Part shown: positions 21,281 through 29,347 of the stretch, piece by piece
How the letters are laid out: each line of letters opens with the position of its first letter
Position numbering within the stretch: the first letter of the stretch is position 1
From: a virus
Reading direction: 5' to 3' (one strand)
Virus record (IMG/VR): IMGVR_UViG_3300040856_003274
Location: 104,267 to 168,266 of that record
DNA length: 64,000 nt
The notes under the pieces: generated by a model
Told to the model about the DNA's origin: nothing
Database searches by the model: none
Seen by the model: only the letters and a program-made list of their open reading frames with translations
Translations under genes and position numbers: made by a program

Positions 21281-22269
21281 TAGTTGCTCATCTTAAAGTT
21301 GGGATTAGACGGCGCTGAATGATTAGGGTTAAGGGTAGCATTAGGCTTCGATTTATCGGCGCTAGGGGCGCGGTTATCAAGCGTCTGTGTAGGCATACGG
21401 TATACTTCCACACCGCCGATGGACTCAGGCTTTGCAGGAGGAGGTGGTTGCTGGGCTTCCTGCTCTTGGCGCTCTTTAAGTAGACGGAGGTTTTCTTCGT
21501 TTACTTCTCGCTGATACTCTTCATCAAGGTTAGGGTGGTAGCTCCCATCGCTTGCGCGTGCGGGCGTGGGCGCGGGAGACTCTTCCTTCTTAGGAGGAGG
21601 AGGTGGTGCTACATTAGGGATAGCAGACTCTCTCTTTATGGGGAGTCCTTTCTCTGCGAGCACGTTTTCAGGGGTGATGTCTACCTTCTCGGCTTCTTCA
21701 CTGTTTGCCATATCGAGAGATTTAGAGAACGCGGTGTCTTCTTTCCCGTCTCCGCGTTTTGCCTTAAGCTCTTTCAGGCGCTCTTCAAGTCGCTCAATTT
21801 CTTTATCGAGGACTTCGGGCTCATAAACGATACTCTCTTCGACTTGAGCTTCAACAAACTCTGTTAGCTCACCAAACTTCTTAAATACGGATGAGAGCAT
21901 ATCGCGCCCCCATTCGGAGACTAAGCTCTCTAAGGCTTCGTGTTTAGGGATTTTGATTGAGACACCGTTAGCTAGGGTTTCCCCAGTCTCGATGTGCTTA
22001 ACATTACGGAGATCGAGGCTATCAATAGCGACGATAGCATACGAGAGTGTGGCTATACGGAAGCGTTGCAAGTAATCAGCGGCAGTGACTTGGTTAGTCT
22101 CGCCGTCTTCTGAGAGAGCTTCCATAGCTTTCTTTTGGACTTCAATCTCCTCATTAGGTCTTAAAACCCTTAAGGTGATCTTAGTGCCGTTGACCTCGAA
22201 AGATCGCTCTTGATTACCTAAATCAGCGACCTTAGAGAGCGCCGACTTCAAATCCTTTAAATTGACCAT
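21280..22269 (-). CDS. Tail assembly chaperone-like protein 1
   Basis: Directly after tube gene; FEVNGTKITLRVLRPNEEIEV...LSYAIVAID motif; Pro-rich disordered C-terminus. Confidence 0.6.
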   Translation of the reverse strand: MVNLKDLKSALSKVADLGNQERSFEVNGTKITLRVLRPNEEIEVQKKAMEALSEDGETNQVTAADYLQRFRIATLSYAIVAIDSLDLRNVKHIETGETLANGVSIKIPKHEALESLVSEWGRDMLSSVFKKFGELTEFVEAQVEESIVYEPEVLDKEIERLEERLKELKAKRGDGKEDTAFSKSLDMANSEEAEKVDITPENVLAEKGLPIKRESAIPNVAPPPPPKKEESPAPTPARASDGSYHPNLDEEYQREVNEENLRLLKERQEQEAQQPPPPAKPESIGGVEVYRMPTQTLDNRAPSADKSKPNATLNPNHSAPSNPNFKMSN

Positions 22270-22280
22270 ATTTACCTCAA

Positions 22281-22332
22281 GAAAAGCCTGTGGGATTGTT
22301 GGCTTAGACTAGCTTATACCCACAGGCTTTTC
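22281..22332 (-). terminator. Hairpin after tail tube gene (probable intrinsic terminator/attenuator)
   Basis: Perfect 14-bp inverted repeat gaaaagcctgtggg / cccacaggcttttc with 24-nt loop; on the minus strand the GC stem is followed by TTTTCTT, just before the next RBS (GAGGT). Confidence 0.65.
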
Positions 22333-22341
22333 AAGAAGCTA

Positions 22342-23094
22342 TTATTGGCTAAAACGGACAGACCCTACCTGACCAATTGTAGGATCATTACCCGTAGCCA
22401 TAAACTCGCCGTAGACACTAGCACCGTCATGGACATCTGAGATCATCGCCTCAGACTCTTCCATAACAATGCCTGTGTCTTTCTCGAAGCTGTTGCTGTA
22501 CGAGGTGAGCCAACAAGCCTCAAAGAAAGTGATCATGGCAGAGTGACCCGCGTTGTCTGCGTGCTGACCTCCGATAGTCACAGGGTTAGGCCCGATGCCA
22601 CCGTCATTAAACTGCATTTGACGGATACCTGCCTGCTCACCCTGACCTGCTAAGCCGACATTAGGCGCGTTTAAGTCATTGTCTACGAGCGTAGAGAATA
22701 CGAGCTGTTGCTCAATGTCAAAAGGCCAACGATGGTGCGCAAGGCTTCTTACGGGGCCATCTACGCCTGCCGCATAACCCATCGCCTGCCAAATATTGCT
22801 CAGATAAAGCATGGTACGGCTAAGGGAAGCTGTGGGTGGTTCGGTGACTGAGGGGACAAGCTCTGCGACCTGATCCCCAAAACCGATACCTCTCACGGGC
22901 TCTACAGAACGTGAGTTAGAGAAACTGATAGAGGCAAGGACACCTACTTGGTTTCTTTGGTTTTGCCCGTAAGCAGGGGTGAGCACACGTAGTTTTTGTG
23001 ATACTACGGTGCGTGTGTTAGGTGTTGTGCCGTATTTATACAGGTACGAGCTACCCTGCGCCCCGCGTACCGCGTTTAAGTCTTGATTAGGCAT
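22342..23094 (-). CDS. Tail tube protein
   Basis: VGVLASISFSNSRSVEPVRGIG...ELVPSVTEPPTASLSRTMLY...TFFEACWLTSYSNSF; strong RBS AAGGAG; precedes chaperones and tape measure. Confidence 0.75.
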   Translation of the reverse strand: MPNQDLNAVRGAQGSSYLYKYGTTPNTRTVVSQKLRVLTPAYGQNQRNQVGVLASISFSNSRSVEPVRGIGFGDQVAELVPSVTEPPTASLSRTMLYLSNIWQAMGYAAGVDGPVRSLAHHRWPFDIEQQLVFSTLVDNDLNAPNVGLAGQGEQAGIRQMQFNDGGIGPNPVTIGGQHADNAGHSAMITFFEACWLTSYSNSFEKDTGIVMEESEAMISDVHDGASVYGEFMATGNDPTIGQVGSVRFSQ

Positions 23095-23138
23095 GAGAGA
23101 GTCTCCTTAAGGTTAGACGTGTTTATATATCAGATACA

Positions 23139-24581
23139 TTATTCAATCATTATGAACTCTACACCGCCGACACCATTTTCTTTATCGACTCTGTAGAGTG
23201 CTACTTGCCTACGATTTCCGACATAGCCTTTAAGTCTGTGCCAGCGATCCGTCCCACTTAAACTAGGCATCGTCCACACACGGCAACCGTTAAACTCATC
23301 GGCTCTAACCTTATGACCATGCCAGTGTCCCGTAAACCATTCCCAACCGCCTTTACACTCACCCCAATCCCCTGCGCGGTCTATCGCCATAACTGAAGGT
23401 AGGTCGCTCGCTTTTGTCCCGTCTCCGTGGTGAAAGCCCAAGAGTGAGTTACCGTGGCGAGTGTAAGAAAAGCCGTCCTTCGCGATGTCAATCTCCACGG
23501 AGCTAATGTCATGGTAGCGAGCTTTTAACATTAAGCCGACACTTAAGCCTAAAACCCTATCGTGATTACCTGGGATCGCCACGACTTTTACAGGAGCAAC
23601 TTTCCTGAGCCCTTCGATGATCTGCTCTAGTGCCATAAACGCAGTAGACAGCATATCAATGGGATCGCCGTCTACGTCTTGAGGCGTGCCTTGCGTAGTG
23701 GTGTTTTGGTAGTTGTCGATATGGATCATATCGCTCCCGCAGGGGAGTATCCACATCGAAGGAGCGCCCCACTTGTTGACAGACTGCTCCATAGCCGCGA
23801 GGCAAGTGTTCACTGCCGCTTCCCTAGCTCGCTCAAGATCCCATCCGAAAAGACCTTTCTTACCAACGTGCAAATCTGTGAGCCCTACGATGACTAGGTG
23901 ATCACTTTTTTCTACATTAGAGAGGTCTACTTTAATATTATGGGTAGACGGGCGGTCTTTGAGCCTCTCCTCCAATCTTGGGAAGATGATCCTCTCAAAC
24001 TGATCAAACTGCTCAGCTTGTTTGACAAGCTGTCGGTATCGAATACGCTCCGCTTTTACGAGGACACGTTGCTCTTTTGCTCGAACGAGAGACTCTATAA
24101 GCACTTCTTCATTTGCGGCTGTCATCTCTTCATCAGAGAAAGGCGCGGAGTCATGTGTTTTACCGAGCACTCTAAGGATACGGATAAGTGTAGGTCTAGC
24201 GAGCCCATACTTGCGACAGATTTCGTTGACGCTTAACCCACCTGTTTCATTAGAGTAGTCCCAAATGAGCGCGTCAATCTTTGACTTTTCAACGCACACT
24301 GACCCTTTTTGACCTGGGATCGAGTGGAAGATGTAAACTTCTCTCTTCGAGTCGTAAAAGTAGTCTAAGGTGTCCTCTGAGAAGAAAGATTGAGTTTCAA
24401 CACTCACCTTTTCTTCTTCTTGACTGTCTCCGCTAACCTCTACCTGATAGAGAAAGCCTTGGTTATTAGATTTCAGCTTTCTCGGTATGATAGAGGATCG
24501 AGCGCGTTTTCGTACAGTGCTTTCGGAAACACCTAGAGCCTCACTTGCTTCTCTAATGGTAAGCCATTTTTTAGCCATCAC
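23139..24581 (-). CDS. HTH-containing calcineurin-like metallophosphoesterase
   Basis: All five motifs: TDLHVG, GSDMIH, PGNHD, HHGD, TGHWH; N-terminal HTH (LTIREASEALGVSESTVRKR) and second HTH-like segment (LSVNEICRKYGLARPTL); RBS GAGGAGG. Confidence 0.85.
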   Translation of the reverse strand: MMAKKWLTIREASEALGVSESTVRKRARSSIIPRKLKSNNQGFLYQVEVSGDSQEEEKVSVETQSFFSEDTLDYFYDSKREVYIFHSIPGQKGSVCVEKSKIDALIWDYSNETGGLSVNEICRKYGLARPTLIRILRVLGKTHDSAPFSDEEMTAANEEVLIESLVRAKEQRVLVKAERIRYRQLVKQAEQFDQFERIIFPRLEERLKDRPSTHNIKVDLSNVEKSDHLVIVGLTDLHVGKKGLFGWDLERAREAAVNTCLAAMEQSVNKWGAPSMWILPCGSDMIHIDNYQNTTTQGTPQDVDGDPIDMLSTAFMALEQIIEGLRKVAPVKVVAIPGNHDRVLGLSVGLMLKARYHDISSVEIDIAKDGFSYTRHGNSLLGFHHGDGTKASDLPSVMAIDRAGDWGECKGGWEWFTGHWHGHKVRADEFNGCRVWTMPSLSGTDRWHRLKGYVGNRRQVALYRVDKENGVGGVEFIMIE

Positions 24582-24630
24582 ACTCTCCTCCTCAAGGGTT
24601 CATGGAGTGCGGTCTATAAGGACTATATTC

Positions 24631-24696
24631 TCAAACGCATCTTGAAGCGACAAGAAGAGATACTGAGAAAAACCCAATAAATAGTATACCTGTCAT
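24631..24696 (-). CDS. Putative 21-aa hydrophobic peptide (MTGILFIGFFSVSLLVASRCV)
   Basis: Below ORF-track cutoff; AAAGGAG RBS 6 nt upstream of ATG at 24696, TGA at 24631-24633. Confidence 0.45.
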   Translation of the reverse strand: MTGILFIGFFSVSLLVASRCV

Positions 24697-24822
24697 AGTT
24701 AACTCCTTTCTTTTTTTATGTCTGTCCGTAGCATATAGGCACATAAGCGAGGAGCTCAGTTTCCTTTTATTCTTTACCTGCTGTTAAGCAGACTTCAGGT
24801 TTTTAGAAAGGCGCTGAGAGAT

Positions 24823-25905
24823 ATGAGCTACGACTTGCAACTAGCATATAACTGCCCCCACCTCGCGGTAGACGAGAGAGTCAGTCTTGCGGAAGACAAC
24901 AAGACTCTCTTAACGAGGAGACTCGTATCGAACGCAGGTCTAATCAAGATTAAGATTAACGGCTTGACCGTCCCTCCAAGTGGGCTCAAGACTCCAGCAA
25001 GCCTTAAATCTACTTCCCGAAGCTCGTATTACTTCAACTCTGCCCGAACGCTGACCATAACAAGCCAATCTTCTAGTGTTACGTTGAGCTTTAACAAAGG
25101 ACTGCTCACAGCTCAGGACTTTGTAACGAAAGTGACCTTGGAGGCTCAGGGAGTCTGCACAGCTTCCTTAAGCGACGGTTACGTCACGATTAGCGAGTCT
25201 AGGGCTCTCGGTAGGGACTCCAAACTGAAGCTGAGCGGAGATGCTGTTGAGACGCTTGGTTTTTCTTTTCAGCCTCAGTCGAGAGGCACACAAACGTATC
25301 CTGCGTGGACTCTAATCTCAGCGGAAACGAACCCTGAGAGCGGTGAGGTTTACGGGCGAAGGGTGTATTTCTTAGAACCTTTAAACAACCCTAACTTAAT
25401 CGTGCAGGTGACCTACTCAATGATCTCTTCTAGGTGCTTGAGATGTCAGGGGCTCGTCGTAGAGAACGACTACCGCTACAATGAGGTCGGTGATATTAGG
25501 AAGGTTGAGAACGAGAACCTGTTACAGCAGAGGTGCTTAAAGATTTTGCTTACAGACAGGGGCAGTAATGTCTTCCATAGCTGGTACGGCTCTAGCTTGC
25601 GCACACGCGTAGGCGCGAAAGCTATTGGAGCGGTGTCAGGTGCGCTCAAGGTAGATGTTGAGAGGGCTCTTGAGACTCTGAGGGACATACAAGATCAGCA
25701 AGGAGGTTTTCAGACGATGAGTGCCAAAGAAAGACTGATCAGTGTGGTAAGCGTAGAGGTCGCACCTGTTGAGAATGACCCTACTGCTTTTATTATAGAT
25801 GTTGTGGTAAGGAACGGCTCTAATGAGAACGTGAACATTACAGCAGTCTATACGAGCCCAGGTGTGACAGCTTATTTGAACAACAACTTAGTGTTTGGTG
25901 GATAA
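24823..25905 (+). CDS. Baseplate wedge / sheath-initiator gp25-like protein with N-terminal extension
   Basis: C-terminal ENENLLQQRCLKILLTDRGSNVFHSWYGSSL...ERLISVVSVEV typical of gp25/W family; CxxC (CLRC); directly upstream of baseplate J-like gene. Confidence 0.75.
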   Translation: MSYDLQLAYNCPHLAVDERVSLAEDNKTLLTRRLVSNAGLIKIKINGLTVPPSGLKTPASLKSTSRSSYYFNSARTLTITSQSSSVTLSFNKGLLTAQDFVTKVTLEAQGVCTASLSDGYVTISESRALGRDSKLKLSGDAVETLGFSFQPQSRGTQTYPAWTLISAETNPESGEVYGRRVYFLEPLNNPNLIVQVTYSMISSRCLRCQGLVVENDYRYNEVGDIRKVENENLLQQRCLKILLTDRGSNVFHSWYGSSLRTRVGAKAIGAVSGALKVDVERALETLRDIQDQQGGFQTMSAKERLISVVSVEVAPVENDPTAFIIDVVVRNGSNENVNITAVYTSPGVTAYLNNNLVFGG

Positions 25906-25906
25906 C

Positions 25907-28900
25907 ATGGCGAATATATACCTACAAAGCCCTAGTCAAGATTACGCAGCCTCTCTTAGCTACACCACGAACAGGGCGCTGTTATCCTTAAACGGCTCTT
26001 TTGACGGGGACATTTCTTCATTCCGAGTCATCGTAAGAGGAGTCTATGATCCTGATGTTCAAGATGAGCTTATTGACGCTACGGACACAACCTTCACTTT
26101 ACCTAACCTTGCGCTCTCTGAGGGTATCGAGCTCGTCGCAGGGGTCAATGAGATTAAGGTTGAGGGCTATAATGACGACTCTAATCTTGTAGCTACAGCG
26201 ATTGCTAACATAGAGCTGGCGGTCGCTAGCGACTTTAATCAAGAGCTGACTCCGCCCACAGGCTTAAGCGCCGAGCAGTTTAGTAATCATGTGGTGATTA
26301 ATGTCGAAGGGCTCAGCTCTTCTAATGTTATAGGTTACAACCTGTATTGCTCAGAGATACAGGGCGGCGGTGTCGAGGGATACCGTCAAATCAATGTCCT
26401 CCCTATTAGGGACGGCGCGACAAAAGAAAACGTCTCTGAGTACGCTACTCTCGAAACCGACTTTCTTGCAGAGGACGCAGACCCTTTAAGGCTTAGAGTC
26501 AAAGGAACACAGATCAATTCTATAAACGAGGCGCTGGTGGTCAACTTTGATGAGGCTGTGCCTATCTCAGAAGAGATTACAAAGCTGAGAGCAGAGGTTA
26601 AGATTAGCACACTCTCAATCTCTAAGACCTTTTCTTTCAAACACGTCCGTACAGCGACCACAACGAGCATACCTGCCACAATACCTTCAGCTAGGTTTTC
26701 TACTGTAGCAAACAGTGAGCCTCTCTTTTACGTGGCTACTGCGATTTATTATAATCCTGTTTCGGGCTCAGAGGTCGAGAGTAGTCTCTCTTCAGAGATA
26801 TCTGCTAAGCCTATACTTCTCAACACTACCTTACCAACCATCCCTGTAGTAGGCCGCCAACAAATATTAGAAGACGCGGTGCTGGGTATTTATAGGAACA
26901 GCCCTCAAGCATCAGTGAGCCCAGGCTCTGCAATACGGGATCTTTTCTTAGACCCTTTTGCATCAGAGGCTGAGCGCATTCGGTTTGTCGTAGATTACGT
27001 CTACCGCTCTGCGTCGTTCTCTACCTTACTAGCGATAGATGATCCTGCGTTCTCAGGCACGTCTGTATCTGTGGACTCCTCAAGCTATAAGTCTTTAATG
27101 AGACAAGCACTCTTCCTGCCCTCAAACGACAGCGTGCAGAACCTCATCGACTTGTCTTTTGACCGTCTCGCTTCTAACTTCGGCGTTATCCGTAATCAAG
27201 GCACAGCCGCTCGCGGAGAGGTGATTTTCTTCACTAGGACTCAACCTACAGCAGATTTAAGGATACCGCTTGGTACGATTGTGTCGAGCGGTAGCGTTGA
27301 GTTTAGGACGACAACACAAGGATTTATCCCTCTTAACGGGTTCGCTTCTTACTATAATCCTCTTAGTAATCGTTATGAGGTGACTATACCTATCAAGGCT
27401 TCTAGCACAGGAGCGATATCTAACGTGACCGCAGGTGAGATCAGCTCGATTATCTCTGACATTAGAGGTCTTGAAGTAACAAACACCGCAGAGACTTTTG
27501 GTGGTTTAGACTTAGAGAGCAACCTCGCCCTTTCGATCAGAGCTCAGCAAGCGATTTCTTCAATCGACACGGGAACGACTCAAGGTTATTACAGCCTTAT
27601 CTCTAATGCTCCTAATGTTATATCGGCTTCCGTAGTGTCAGCAGGCGATCCTTTAATGAACAGGGATGTTGATCCAGCCACAGGGCTACACTCAGGAGGC
27701 AAGGTAGACATTTGGGTGCAAGGTGAGCAAGACACTTACGTGACGGACTCTTTTGCTTTTACTTTTGATGTAAAAGAAAAGGTGGTGTTTGACCTTGTAG
27801 GGAGTTTGACTTTCAGGGCTTCTGATAATGATCTCTCGGTGAATAACCCTATCGTCAACATGCTCGACTTCTCGGCGCTTAACCTCGGTCTTGTTAATGC
27901 CACGACGGGCGCTCGGTTCGATCTTACAGACGTGGAGATTATAAGCTACAATACGATTAGGCTCTCCTCTAGCGTGACTCAGCCAGCTTTTAGTCTGACA
28001 GACATAATATTAGGAGACTTTAGATTAAGGACAGGGACAACACACACCTTCACGCGCCAGCCCGTCAAAGAGATTTCTTCTCTCACAGGCGAGGTGTCGG
28101 GTCAGGTAGGCTTGCTGTCTTATTATCTAAACCACCCTAACAACATCTTAGACCTCGGAGGCTCAACCAAGTCAGGGGATGAGATTGTTATTGAAGACGT
28201 GCGCGGAGAGCTTTCGGCTTTACCGATAGCGGTAGAGGGAGAGAGCCACGTTATCTTAGAGAAGTTTACAGAGCCTCTCAACAAGCTAGGCACAAACCCT
28301 TTTAGTCTAAGGGTGTTTAACGAAGACCGCTCTGTTGAATATTACGGCCCTTATTCAGGTCAGGTAGACCTTGATTATATAATCATCGAAGGAGGCTCAA
28401 CGACTCCTTATGGAATACAGAGGACAGACGGTAGTCGGATTTCTTCAGGGCAAACAGTGTTGTTTGATTACTCGCACGCAGAAAACTTCTCAGTGCGCTA
28501 TAGGACAAACCTAATCTTATCAACTTTACAGAGCATGGTAGAGAAACAGAAGCACGCTACGGCTGATGTTTTAATCAACGAGGCTTTCGAGGTTGAGCTA
28601 GATATATCTGCCGTGGTGGTCTTAAGCTCAGGCTCTTCTTCTGCTTTCGTGGACAGTGAAATCCGATCTAACTTAAGCGCCCTCGTAGGCTCATTGAGGA
28701 TGGGCGACCCTTTAAGAGTCTCAGATATAGTCAATGCTATGGACAAGACTAATGGCGTTTCTTATGTGCAGTTGCCCTTATCTAAGATGACCCTAAGCGT
28801 AGGTTCACAAATCGTAAGAGAGGCAGTAGCGGTAGGGCTCGGTGGCGCTGTTATAATGCCTTCCTTAAGCACACCTTCCGTAAAGGTTTGGCTAGTAGGA

Positions 28901-29347
28901 GACTCTCTAGACTTCATTCCTGAAGAAAACGGGGGTGAGCAAGGGTCATATCGAGGAGTCTTTAAAGGTACTGACCGTATGACTCTCGCCCCTAGTATTT
29001 CGCTCCTGTCAAACTACTCAGACCAAGCGTACATCATAGGGTCTGAAGGCGCTATTATCCAAGGCTACACTGATGATCTTACGCTCAACCCTACAGGTGG
29101 GTTAAGTGACGCGGAAATCCTCGCTGAGAGGAAGCGACTGACGGCGAGCAAAGTCCTCATTTCGCTTCTTACGGGGGATAATCCTTCAGAGTATTCTTAT
29201 GCTGTCACTTACACAATAGGGTTGAGCCCTAATGAAGCGAGAGATATCAGCGTTTCCGACACTCAGTTTATCACTTTAGGTCTTGTTAATATTACCTATG
29301 AGCAAGACCAAGTGAGATCACGCATTAACACTACAGGAGTGCGCTAA
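25907..29347 (+). CDS. Baseplate J-like (gp6-like) wedge protein
   Basis: PGSAIRDLFLDP, ARGEVIFF...IPLGTIVSS...EFRTT, GAISNVTAGEISSI...VTNTAETFGGLDLESN, GGKVDIWVQG, LRMGDPLRVSDIV; start moved to ATG at 25907 right after previous stop. Confidence 0.85.
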   Translation: MANIYLQSPSQDYAASLSYTTNRALLSLNGSFDGDISSFRVIVRGVYDPDVQDELIDATDTTFTLPNLALSEGIELVAGVNEIKVEGYNDDSNLVATAIANIELAVASDFNQELTPPTGLSAEQFSNHVVINVEGLSSSNVIGYNLYCSEIQGGGVEGYRQINVLPIRDGATKENVSEYATLETDFLAEDADPLRLRVKGTQINSINEALVVNFDEAVPISEEITKLRAEVKISTLSISKTFSFKHVRTATTTSIPATIPSARFSTVANSEPLFYVATAIYYNPVSGSEVESSLSSEISAKPILLNTTLPTIPVVGRQQILEDAVLGIYRNSPQASVSPGSAIRDLFLDPFASEAERIRFVVDYVYRSASFSTLLAIDDPAFSGTSVSVDSSSYKSLMRQALFLPSNDSVQNLIDLSFDRLASNFGVIRNQGTAARGEVIFFTRTQPTADLRIPLGTIVSSGSVEFRTTTQGFIPLNGFASYYNPLSNRYEVTIPIKASSTGAISNVTAGEISSIISDIRGLEVTNTAETFGGLDLESNLALSIRAQQAISSIDTGTTQGYYSLISNAPNVISASVVSAGDPLMNRDVDPATGLHSGGKVDIWVQGEQDTYVTDSFAFTFDVKEKVVFDLVGSLTFRASDNDLSVNNPIVNMLDFSALNLGLVNATTGARFDLTDVEIISYNTIRLSSSVTQPAFSLTDIILGDFRLRTGTTHTFTRQPVKEISSLTGEVSGQVGLLSYYLNHPNNILDLGGSTKSGDEIVIEDVRGELSALPIAVEGESHVILEKFTEPLNKLGTNPFSLRVFNEDRSVEYYGPYSGQVDLDYIIIEGGSTTPYGIQRTDGSRISSGQTVLFDYSHAENFSVRYRTNLILSTLQSMVEKQKHATADVLINEAFEVELDISAVVVLSSGSSSAFVDSEIRSNLSALVGSLRMGDPLRVSDIVNAMDKTNGVSYVQLPLSKMTLSVGSQIVREAVAVGLGGAVIMPSLSTPSVKVWLVGDSLDFIPEENGGEQGSYRGVFKGTDRMTLAPSISLLSNYSDQAYIIGSEGAIIQGYTDDLTLNPTGGLSDAEILAERKRLTASKVLISLLTGDNPSEYSYAVTYTIGLSPNEARDISVSDTQFITLGLVNITYEQDQVRSRINTTGVR

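Noticed and set aside
108-24258. Many short plus-strand ORFs in the ORF track
   Set aside because: Antisense shadows of long minus-strand genes; no RBS or motifs
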